DNA from: Candidatus Omnitrophota bacterium
GTDB taxonomy: Bacteria; Omnitrophota; Gorgyraeia; Gygaellales; Profunditerraquicolaceae
Direction of reading: 5' to 3'
Assembly (NCBI GenBank): GCA_043809145.1
Contig: JAZDED010000013.1
Coordinates: 1-63,915, forward strand
Length of the DNA: 63,915 nucleotides
Each line of letters begins with the position of its first letter. Within the stretch, counting starts at the first letter, position 1. The position numbers and the translations under genes were made by a program. The notes beneath the pieces were generated by a model, which had not been told where the DNA came from, made no database searches, and saw only the letters and a list, made by a program, of their open reading frames with translations. Positions 29,352-37,324 of the stretch are shown here, in pieces.

Positions 29352-29605
29352 AAATGAACCTGCTAGTCTCGTTCGCTCAGTGTCGATTTTCCCTAACGAC
29401 CTGTAAAATCTAGAGGGATGGCAATGTTCTTTCGCATTTTCGGCAGCTGCTGAACTCGCGCCTCTCGCTCTTGCGCAGAGTCGCTCAAACAGCATCGTTG
29501 TCCCGAGATTTCCCCGCATTCTGCGGGACTTCGGGATTCCCGAAAATACGAAAGCGTCCATTGCCTAAAATCGACATTCGCTCGCAAGACTGCCAGAGTT
29601 CATTT
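29352..29605. repeat. ~255-nt nested palindromic element (REP/MITE-like)
   Basis: Arms AAATGAAC/GTTCATTT, TGTCGATTTT/AAAATCGACA, GGCAATG/CATTGCC, CTTTCGCATTTTCGG/CCGAAAATACGAAAG; recurrent TCGCTC motifs. Confidence 0.8.
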
Positions 29606-29660
29606 GATTAAAGAAAAAATTATTTCAGACTTTTCATTGTATAAGTAAAGAGAGTAAAGA

Positions 29661-29672
29661 GGGGACGTTTCT
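29661..29672 (+). repeat. Direct repeat GGGGACGTTTCT, left copy
   Basis: Identical 12-mer at 30614-30625, on the other side of DUF3800. Confidence 0.7.
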
Positions 29673-29743
29673 GTTTTTAGCTGGTGGGGTTTGAGTTGGA
29701 TAGAGCGTAATAGGTAATTTATAGAGGCCGCTAAATATATTAT

Positions 29744-30484
29744 ATGAGATACTATTTTTTTTTAGATGAAACCGGTGATCACGGCTTAAGTTTTATAGAT
29801 AAGAATTTTCCATTATTTCTACTGTGTGGATGCTTAATTAGAGATGATAGATTACAAGAGCTGAATAGCAAGATCAGCAATTTTAAGATAAAATATTTTA
29901 AAACTAATGATGTTGTTTTACACTCTAGGGATATACGTAAATGTGAAGGTGCATTTCAGATATTATTTGATCTTAAGTTAAAAGAATCTTTTTACCAAGA
30001 CTTAAATTCCATAATAAGGGAGACTAGCTATAAAATTATAGCTGCGGCGATAAATAAAGAAGAACATATTAAAAAATATGGCAAAGGGGCAGCTGATCCT
30101 TACCGCCTTTCGCTTTCTTTCATAATAGAGCGTTTAATATTTTGCTTGGATGAGTTGGATAAGCAGGCAATCGTTGAAATTCGGAGCGAGCAAAGAGGGG
30201 CTAAAGAAGACACAATGCTAATCGCGCATTTTAACTCAATTTTAGATAGAGGCACATATTATATTACGCAGGAGAGACTAAAAGAGAAAATAGATAGTTT
30301 CAAATTTCACGGTAAAAGGGAGAATGTTATTGGTCTTCAAATAGCCGATTTAAGCGCATATCCTCTTGCCAGACATTTGTTGAGTCCCAAAGAGCCATAT
30401 GTTCCGTTTAATGTTTTAGAAGGTAAGATTTATTGCAATAAGGAAGGTGAAGCTGTGGGTTGGGGATTAAAACTATTTCCTTAA
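29744..30484 (+). CDS. DUF3800 domain protein
   Basis: N-terminal FLDETGD (DE motif), LHSRDIR, EQRGAKED, GLQIAD (QxxD motif), terminal GWGLKLFP; AT-rich. Confidence 0.85.
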   Translation: MRYYFFLDETGDHGLSFIDKNFPLFLLCGCLIRDDRLQELNSKISNFKIKYFKTNDVVLHSRDIRKCEGAFQILFDLKLKESFYQDLNSIIRETSYKIIAAAINKEEHIKKYGKGAADPYRLSLSFIIERLIFCLDELDKQAIVEIRSEQRGAKEDTMLIAHFNSILDRGTYYITQERLKEKIDSFKFHGKRENVIGLQIADLSAYPLARHLLSPKEPYVPFNVLEGKIYCNKEGEAVGWGLKLFP

Positions 30485-30511
30485 AACAAAAAGCCTTTCT
30501 TACGAAAGGCC
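30484..30511 (-). terminator. Intrinsic terminator, minus strand
   Basis: GGCCTTTC-GTAA-GAAAGGCT followed by TTTTGTTTT. Confidence 0.8.
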
Positions 30512-30556
30512 TTATGTCGACCGGGAGACACCCCGATCCTTTAATATAATCTCTAC
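30484..30556 (-). ncRNA. Candidate DUF3800-associated small structured RNA, convergent with the gene
   Basis: Minus strand: GAUCGGG-GUGUCU-CCCGGUC hairpin with a G.U pair (a C.A mismatch on plus), then a terminator with a GUAA loop; promoter directly upstream. Confidence 0.65.
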
Positions 30557-30562
30557 AAGTAA

Positions 30563-30590
30563 AGAATAACATATAATACGTTTTTGTCAA
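30563..30590 (-). promoter_or_regulatory. Sigma70-type promoter pointing toward the DUF3800 3' end
   Basis: Minus strand TTGACA-16 nt-TATTCT with TGn extended -10; no minus-strand gene lies downstream. Confidence 0.6.
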
Positions 30591-30613
30591 GAAAAAACAG
30601 TGAACAGTGAATT

Positions 30614-30625
30614 GGGGACGTTTCT
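30614..30625 (+). repeat. Direct repeat GGGGACGTTTCT, right copy
   Basis: Matches 29661-29672. Confidence 0.7.
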
Positions 30626-30675
30626 CATTTCTAGCGATATTGCTGTTGCGGGTGGCTTGGGCTGGATTTGAGATG

Positions 30676-30864
30676 GCTCAATAGAATTTTACTGGTTTTG
30701 GCGGAGCGCACATTAGAAGATTTTTTTGCAAAAGTCTGCAAGGGATTACGGCGAACGGGAGTATGCTAAACCCGCGTAAGCTTACTACGAAAGAGAGACG
30801 TAAACCGCAGCAGACGGAAAAAATTTTCGTGCGCGAAGCTAAGACCATAAAATTAATCGTGAGC
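30676..30864. repeat. ~190-nt nested palindromic element
   Basis: Arms GCTCA/TGAGC, AATTTTA/TAAAATT, GGTTTTGG/CTAAGACC, GCGCAC/GTGCGC, GAAGATTTTTTT/GAAAAAATTTTC, GTCTGC/GCAGAC. Confidence 0.75.
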
Positions 30865-30900
30865 GAGAAAACTGGCAAGGGTTATTAGATAAAGGAATCT

Positions 30901-31515
30901 ATGCGAGGAAAATTCATTACATTTGAAGGTTCGGAGGGCTGCGGAAAGAGCACACAGTCTAGACTGCTCTGCGCATATTTAAAGCGCAAGGGCTATGACG
31001 TGGTATTGTTGCGAGAGCCGGGAGGAACTAAGGTATCCGAGAAGATCCGTAGAATCCTCTTAGATTTTCGCAATGATTCCATGTCAGCTGAAAGCGAGAT
31101 GCTTTTATATATGGCAGCCAGGGCTCAGGTGGTAAGCGAAATAATTAAACCTGCTTTAAGCAAAGCTAAGATTGTTATCTCTGACAGATTCCTTGATTCT
31201 ACAATTGCCTATCAGGGTTTTGGTTTAGGTATGGATATAAAATTAATCAAATACCTGGGAAATTTTGTGACTCAGGGAATAAAGCCGAATTTAACTATTT
31301 TTCTGGATCTACCGGTTAGAAAAGGTTTATTTATGCGCAGCGGAAAAGAAGACCGCATTGAAAGACGTTGCTTTTCCTATCATCAGAAGGTAAGGCAAGG
31401 ATATTTAAGCTTGGCTAAAAGTGAGCCAAAAATAATCCGGGTAGTTAAAGTAGAAAAAGATAAATTAACCACTCAAAAGAATATACGGGAGCTAGTAAAC
31501 AAGTATGTCATTTAA
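30901..31515 (+). CDS. tmk: Thymidylate kinase
   Basis: FITFEGSEGCGKSTQ, REPGGT, SDRFLDST.AYQG. Confidence 0.96.
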   Translation: MRGKFITFEGSEGCGKSTQSRLLCAYLKRKGYDVVLLREPGGTKVSEKIRRILLDFRNDSMSAESEMLLYMAARAQVVSEIIKPALSKAKIVISDRFLDSTIAYQGFGLGMDIKLIKYLGNFVTQGIKPNLTIFLDLPVRKGLFMRSGKEDRIERRCFSYHQKVRQGYLSLAKSEPKIIRVVKVEKDKLTTQKNIRELVNKYVI

Positions 31516-32461
31516 GAATATTTTAGGCCATCAGGCGGTAATAGAGAGGATAAGAAGTTCAATAGATAATAATCGCTTGGCTGCAGCTTATTTATTTATC
31601 GGACAAGATGGAGTAGGGAAGTTTCTGACGGCAAAAACACTCTCCAAGGCCATCAATTGCCAGGACGATAATTCGGATTCCTGCGATAAGTGTTCCAGCT
31701 GTTTGAGAATTGAAAAAAATCAGCATCCGGATGTGCAGGTACTGGATTTTGAGAATGCCGATATCAAGATTGAATATATAAGGCAATTACAGAAGGATGC
31801 TTCTCTAAGGCCGTACGAAGCCAGAAAAAAGGTCTTTATCATTAATAATGCCCACAAGCTGAATCACGAATCTTCGAACGCTTTTTTAAAAACACTGGAA
31901 GAACCGCCTAAAAGCAGCCTGATTATTCTGGTGAGTTCCAAGCCGCAGCTAATTCTGGCGACTATTTTATCCAGGTGCCAGACGCTGAAATTTTATCCTT
32001 TTCCTAGAAGGGAGCTGGAACTTTTTTTAAATAAAGATTATTCTATTGAGAATAATCTGGCGCATTTTCTGGCTTATTATACCGAAGGCAGCCTTGGCGA
32101 GGCTATAAAATTTAAAGATAAGGATATGCTTAGCCGCAAGAACAGGATCATTGACGCTATTTCCTCGGGTGGGGTTAAACATTCTCGCAGTCAGGAGTTT
32201 AAGACCAGAGATGAATTATATTTTGCTTTGAACATTTTGAGTTCTTGGTTCAGGGATATTTATCTGGCTAAGATTCAGGGCGTATCTAGCGATATAATAA
32301 ACCTTGACCGTAAAAACGAGTTGGAGAGAATCGCGTCACGATATTCTTTTATCAAACTGGATAATATATTTAAGACTATTTCCGAATCGTTATTTTATAC
32401 AGAAAGTAACGTCAATATTAAGCTGTTAATACTCAACTTAAAAATATCTCTGGAGAACTAA
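31505..32461 (+). CDS. holB: DNA polymerase III delta' subunit
   Basis: AYLFIGQDGVGK, CDKCSSC, HPD, NAFLKTLEEPP, TILSRC. Confidence 0.94.
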   Translation: MSFKNILGHQAVIERIRSSIDNNRLAAAYLFIGQDGVGKFLTAKTLSKAINCQDDNSDSCDKCSSCLRIEKNQHPDVQVLDFENADIKIEYIRQLQKDASLRPYEARKKVFIINNAHKLNHESSNAFLKTLEEPPKSSLIILVSSKPQLILATILSRCQTLKFYPFPRRELELFLNKDYSIENNLAHFLAYYTEGSLGEAIKFKDKDMLSRKNRIIDAISSGGVKHSRSQEFKTRDELYFALNILSSWFRDIYLAKIQGVSSDIINLDRKNELERIASRYSFIKLDNIFKTISESLFYTESNVNIKLLILNLKISLEN

Positions 32462-32463
32462 AA

Positions 32464-33255
32464 ATGGATAAAATGATTTTACTCAGGTTGCGGGATTCCG
32501 GTCAGAACCTTTGTTATAATATGGGCGAGTTGACTCTGAAAGAAGGGGATTGTGTGATTATAGAGCATGACCGCGGTTTGGATTACGCCCAGATTGTTAG
32601 CCTGAAGACTCCGCCTCACTCCTGCGAGGGCGCAAAACAGGCGCCTAAAAAGGTGGTGCGTTTGGCCACGGATAATGACCTGAAGAAAATCAAGGATAAC
32701 CGGATTAAATCCAAGGAGGCTTTTAATACTTGCCAGAAGAAAATAGATGAACATAAACTGGAGATGAAACTGGTGCACGCGGAGTATTCGTTTGATCTGA
32801 CCAAGATAATCTTTTATTTTACCTCAGAAGATAGGGTTGATTTCAGGAACCTGGTTAAGGATTTGGCTAAGATATTTAAGGCCAGGATTGAGTTGAGGCA
32901 GATTGGGGTCAGGGATGAGGCAAAATTATTCGGTGGTTTTGGGCCTTGCGGCCGCGAATTGTGTTGTGTGAGTTTCTTGAATGATTTCGAACCGGTGACT
33001 ATTAAAATGGCCAAGGAAGAGGGCTTGCCCTTGAATCCGCCTAAGATTTCGGGTATTTGCGGAAGGTTGATGTGCTGCTTAAGTTATGAATATGAAACTT
33101 ATAAAGCTTTGGGAAAAGGGCTTCCCCGAGAAGGAGAGAGGATTAATACCGAAAAGGGCAGAGGAAAGGTTATTAATGTTAATGTTTTTAAGCGCATGGT
33201 CTCGGTCCAGTTGGAAGAAGGCCAAATAATTGAGTTAAATTATAAAGATAAGTAA
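32464..33255 (+). CDS. ricT: PSP1/RicT (YaaT) family protein
   Basis: RVDFRNLVKDLA, RIELRQIGVRDEAK, GPCGRELCC, KISGICGRLMCCL. Confidence 0.9.
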   Translation: MDKMILLRLRDSGQNLCYNMGELTLKEGDCVIIEHDRGLDYAQIVSLKTPPHSCEGAKQAPKKVVRLATDNDLKKIKDNRIKSKEAFNTCQKKIDEHKLEMKLVHAEYSFDLTKIIFYFTSEDRVDFRNLVKDLAKIFKARIELRQIGVRDEAKLFGGFGPCGRELCCVSFLNDFEPVTIKMAKEEGLPLNPPKISGICGRLMCCLSYEYETYKALGKGLPREGERINTEKGRGKVINVNVFKRMVSVQLEEGQIIELNYKDK

Positions 33256-33261
33256 AAAAAT

Positions 33262-34785
33262 ATGGCTAATAAATTTTATATCACTACTCCCATATATTAT
33301 GTAAATGCTTCTCCGCATATCGGGCATTCTTATACTAATATCGCTGCAGATATCCTGGCGCGTTTTATGCGCCAACGCCTGGGAAGAGAGAATGTTTGGT
33401 TTCTGACCGGGACTGATGAGCATGGGCAGAAGATCCAAAAGGCTGCCGATGAAGCAAATTTGTCCCCCCAGGAATTTGTGGATAAAGTAGTGGTTCAATT
33501 CAAATATTTATGGGAGAAGTTGAATATCTCTTACGATGATTTTATCCGTACTACTGAATTCCGTCATATTCTAACTGTGACTCGAGTGCTGGAAATCTTA
33601 AAGAATAAGAAGCCCACTCCGGATATTTATGAAGCAAAATACGAAGGTTGGTATTGTATTCCTTGCGAAACCTTTTGGCCAAAGACCCAAATCGAGGAAA
33701 AGCTCTGCCCGGACTGTAAGAGGCCGATAGAAGAGATCAGTGAAACAAATTATTTTTTTAGGCTTTCCAATTACCAGGGTTGGCTCATTGAATATATTGA
33801 GGCAAACCCCGGGTTTGTTCAACCGGCGAACAGGCGTCATGAAGTACTCAGTTTCTTGAAACTCAATCGGCTTACAGATTTATGTATCTCCCGGCCCAAG
33901 GAGCGCCTAAGTTGGGGTATACCTTTACCATTCAGCCCGCAACATGTTACTTATGTCTGGTTTGACGCGCTGATTAATTACATCAGCGCCGTGGGGACTT
34001 TTGATAAGGATGGCAAATATATATCTGGCTGGTGGGGAAAAGATACTCAAGTAGTGCATTTAATCGGCAAGGATATCTTAAGGCACCATGCGGTCTACTG
34101 GCCGATTATGCTGCATGCTTTGAATATTGAATTTCCTAAAGACATGACTATATTCGCCCATGGTTGGTGGATGATGGGGCAGGATAAGATGTCTAAATCC
34201 CGGGGGAACGCTGTTGCCCCCTTGGATATGGCGGATAAATTTGGAATAGATACCTATAGGTACTTTCTATTACGCGATGTTCCATTCGGCCTGGATGGTA
34301 ATTTTTCAGAGGAGTCAATAATCAAGAGGTTCAACAGCGATCTGGCTAATGACTTGGGAAACTTGGTTTATCGCAGCCTGACTATGGTAGAGAAGTATTT
34401 CCAGGGGAAAATACCCCAAGAAGGGGTTTTGAATGAGCAAGGTAAAAGAATCAAAGCGAGCATCCAGGCGTTATCGACAGAACCAGATTTGGCATTGAAC
34501 ATTGGTTTTAATTTCAGCCTGGGGCTGGAGAAGATTTGGAATCTTATTGCCATGGCTAATAAATATGTCGAAGAGACAAAACCCTGGAATCTTGTTAAGG
34601 AGGCCAAGACAACAGAGCTTGAGGCTTTTATCCGGCTTTTGGTAGATGTGATTAAAGCGGTTGCCGATGCAATATATGCTTTTATGCCGGATACTGCTAA
34701 ATCCATAAAAGAGCAGTTTGGCGACCAAGAAATCAAGAAGGGAAGCCCATTATTTCCCCGCATCGATACTAAGCCTAAGAACTAA
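33262..34785 (+). CDS. metG: Methionine--tRNA ligase (short form)
   Basis: YITTPIYYVN..PHIGH, YVWFDAL, KMSKS, DLANDLGNL. Confidence 0.96.
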   Translation: MANKFYITTPIYYVNASPHIGHSYTNIAADILARFMRQRLGRENVWFLTGTDEHGQKIQKAADEANLSPQEFVDKVVVQFKYLWEKLNISYDDFIRTTEFRHILTVTRVLEILKNKKPTPDIYEAKYEGWYCIPCETFWPKTQIEEKLCPDCKRPIEEISETNYFFRLSNYQGWLIEYIEANPGFVQPANRRHEVLSFLKLNRLTDLCISRPKERLSWGIPLPFSPQHVTYVWFDALINYISAVGTFDKDGKYISGWWGKDTQVVHLIGKDILRHHAVYWPIMLHALNIEFPKDMTIFAHGWWMMGQDKMSKSRGNAVAPLDMADKFGIDTYRYFLLRDVPFGLDGNFSEESIIKRFNSDLANDLGNLVYRSLTMVEKYFQGKIPQEGVLNEQGKRIKASIQALSTEPDLALNIGFNFSLGLEKIWNLIAMANKYVEETKPWNLVKEAKTTELEAFIRLLVDVIKAVADAIYAFMPDTAKSIKEQFGDQEIKKGSPLFPRIDTKPKN

Positions 34786-34790
34786 GAACT

Positions 34791-35561
34791 ATGTTTATTG
34801 ATACCCATTGCCACCTTGATTTTCCAGAGTTTGATTTGGACAGAGAAGATGTTATTGGGCGTTGCCGGGAAAAGGGTATTGATTATATTATCAATATCGG
34901 TTCCAGTCTTGAAAATTCCCGGCGTAGCGTAAATTTAGCCAAAGAATATGATTTCATTTATGCAAGCGTTGGATGCCACCCTCATGACGCCGATTCCTGC
35001 GATGAAGGTGTTGTGACGGAATTAGAAAAGTTATCCTTGGCTGATAAAGTTATAGCTATCGGCGAGATTGGCCTGGATTATTACCGGAATTTATCCAGCC
35101 CTGATAATCAGCTCAAAGTTTTTACTCGGCTGGTTAATCTGGCAAAGAAGAGGCAACTTCCGGTAATCCTGCATAGCCGCCAAGCCCATGAAGATACCCT
35201 CAAAGTGCTCAAGGAGAATATGCCGCTAAGGGCTGTAGTGCATTGTTTTTCCGGAGGCCAGGATTTTCTTAAAAAGTGTTTGGACCTGGGTTTTTTTATT
35301 TCTTTTACCTGCAACATAACCTATAAAAAAGCCCAGGATTTAAGAGAGATGGTTAAATTGGCGCCCTTAAATAATCTTTTTTTGGAAACAGACGCGCCTT
35401 ATTTATCTCCGGAAGGCTTCCGGGGAAAAAGAAATGAACCGTGGCAGGTCAGGTTCTTAGCTGAAGAGATTTCTAAAATTAAAGGGATTAGCGTCGAGGT
35501 TGTTGCCCAAGCCACCAGCAATAATGCTATGAATTTCTTCGGGTTAAAGGTTAATAGATGA
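34791..35561 (+). CDS. tatD: TatD family hydrolase
   Basis: IDTHCHL, AIGEIGLDY, HSR, HCFSG, ETDAPYL. Confidence 0.94.
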   Translation: MFIDTHCHLDFPEFDLDREDVIGRCREKGIDYIINIGSSLENSRRSVNLAKEYDFIYASVGCHPHDADSCDEGVVTELEKLSLADKVIAIGEIGLDYYRNLSSPDNQLKVFTRLVNLAKKRQLPVILHSRQAHEDTLKVLKENMPLRAVVHCFSGGQDFLKKCLDLGFFISFTCNITYKKAQDLREMVKLAPLNNLFLETDAPYLSPEGFRGKRNEPWQVRFLAEEISKIKGISVEVVAQATSNNAMNFFGLKVNR

Positions 35562-36679
35562 ATTCTAAAGTAGCTCTTGTCAAATGCGCTGATTACGATT
35601 CCGGTATGGTTATAGCAGCCGTTAAAAGAGCGGTTGACTTAATCGGAGGCATACAGGTTTTTATTAAACCCAGTAGTAAGGTTTTGGTCAAACCGAATCT
35701 ATTAATAGCCAAAGAGCCGGAGTTTGGAATTACTACCCATCCGGAAGTGGTCAGGGCAACTATCAGGGTATTAAAAGAGATTAACTGCGATATATGCGTA
35801 GGTGATAGCCCTAGCGCGTGGGGTAATCAGGAAATTGCGCTGGAGGAATTATATTCCCGTACCGGAATGAAAGAGCTCTGCCGGCAGGAGGATGTCAGGT
35901 TGGTAGCTTTTAATAAAAAGCACTGGAAGAATGAATTTCCCCTGACTAATTGGCTTATGGAAACAGATTATCTGGTTAATATTCCTAAATTCAAGACACA
36001 TCAGATAACTTTTTTATCCGGCGCGGTAAAGAATATCTTTGGCCTTATTCCAGGCAGTTACAAGGCCCAGCTGCATAAGTTTCATTTTACTCCTGAAGAG
36101 TTTTCCAGAATGTTGGTTGATCTTTATGCCCAAGTCCGTCCCAGCCTGAATATTTTAGACGGGATTACGGCTATTGAGGGCGATGGCCCCGGGACTAGCG
36201 GTAGATTGCGTAATGCAGGCTTAGTGCTAGCTTCTAGCGATGCAGTGGCTTTGGATAGCGTGCTGGCTCTAATTATGGGAGTTGAACCCGGTTCTATTCT
36301 TACCAATAGCCAGGCAGCGCAGAGAGGGTTGGGTTCCAATGATTTAAAAGATATTCTTATCCTGGGGGAGAGTATAGATAACTCCAGGTTAAAATCATTT
36401 CAGTTTCCCAGTGTTCCTTTGTTGCAGAAAAAAGGCGTTTCTCCTTTTTTAAAACCGGTGTTGAAATATATCAAGTGTTATCCTTATTGCATACACCAGA
36501 AATGTACCAGGTGCCTTAGTTGTGTTGAGATCTGTCCCCAGAAAGTAATTTCTATAAGAAAAAATAGAATAGTATTCGATTATAAAGGATGTATATCGTG
36601 TTTTTGCTGCCAGGAGAGCTGTCCTTTTTCCGCTCTCAAAGTTAAGAAGAGCCTGCTGGCTAAAATAGCTGGTTTATAA
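35558..36679 (+). CDS. DUF362 domain Fe-S protein with C-terminal 2x[4Fe-4S] ferredoxin
   Basis: VLVKPNL, THPEVV, PKFKTH, AVKN.FG, EGDGP, CTRCLSCVEICP, CISCFCCQESCP. Confidence 0.88.
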   Translation: MNSKVALVKCADYDSGMVIAAVKRAVDLIGGIQVFIKPSSKVLVKPNLLIAKEPEFGITTHPEVVRATIRVLKEINCDICVGDSPSAWGNQEIALEELYSRTGMKELCRQEDVRLVAFNKKHWKNEFPLTNWLMETDYLVNIPKFKTHQITFLSGAVKNIFGLIPGSYKAQLHKFHFTPEEFSRMLVDLYAQVRPSLNILDGITAIEGDGPGTSGRLRNAGLVLASSDAVALDSVLALIMGVEPGSILTNSQAAQRGLGSNDLKDILILGESIDNSRLKSFQFPSVPLLQKKGVSPFLKPVLKYIKCYPYCIHQKCTRCLSCVEICPQKVISIRKNRIVFDYKGCISCFCCQESCPFSALKVKKSLLAKIAGL

Positions 36680-36682
36680 AAT

Positions 36683-37324
36683 ATGGGAAGCAATCCCGAT
36701 TTATTAAGTTTAAGAATAGCTTTGGATCAGGCTATTACTTACGGAACACAAAAAGAAGCTTTTGCTATTGCGGTTAAGGCGTTAAAAGAATCTGAAGACA
36801 AGGCCATTTTGCCGGAGATTGAATATTTTCGCGGGCAAGTTAAGATGCTTGAGGGTGATTACCGGGGAGCTGCCTTGCATTTTCAGGAGGTCTTAAGGCA
36901 TAATCCCTCTGACGGGGCAGCTTATAATGACTGGGCTTTGTCTTTGGTAGAGCTGGGTATAATCGACGAGGTCCTGGTCTTATTTGATAAGGGGATTGTT
37001 GTGGAACCGGATTATGCCACTATTTATCATAATAAAGGTTGGCTATTGAATAATATCGGCCGGCATAGCGAGGCAGTTGCCTGTTTTAACCAGGCCCTTA
37101 ATTTGGAACCGGATAGAGCAGTTACTTATGATAATCTTGCCGACGCCTTATTCAATCTGGGAGAATATAGGAGGGCTTTTTTATCTTACCGCAAAGTCCT
37201 GGAGCTTTTGCCGCTTGGTTCCTGCGCTGAAATAAGGCAAGAGATTCTGGTGAAGCTTGATTTTATCGAAAAGGAATTTCTTAAATCCCAAAAGAAAGAA
37301 GGGAGTGGCGATGATGAAGAATAA
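36683..37324 (+). CDS. TPR repeat protein
   Basis: Repeated TPR units (AYNDWALSL, IYHNKGWLL, TYDNLADAL). Confidence 0.85.
   Translation: MGSNPDLLSLRIALDQAITYGTQKEAFAIAVKALKESEDKAILPEIEYFRGQVKMLEGDYRGAALHFQEVLRHNPSDGAAYNDWALSLVELGIIDEVLVLFDKGIVVEPDYATIYHNKGWLLNNIGRHSEAVACFNQALNLEPDRAVTYDNLADALFNLGEYRRAFLSYRKVLELLPLGSCAEIRQEILVKLDFIEKEFLKSQKKEGSGDDEE

Noticed and set aside
29325-29587. Two short minus-strand ORFs (78 and 64 aa)
   Set aside because: They lie wholly inside the nested palindrome and have no SD or recognisable motif.
30763-30888. 41-aa ORF MLNPRKLTTKERRK... with a weak GGGAG SD
   Set aside because: It is embedded in the right palindrome, whose pairing explains the sequence; no motif. 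Not excluded without Ribo-seq.
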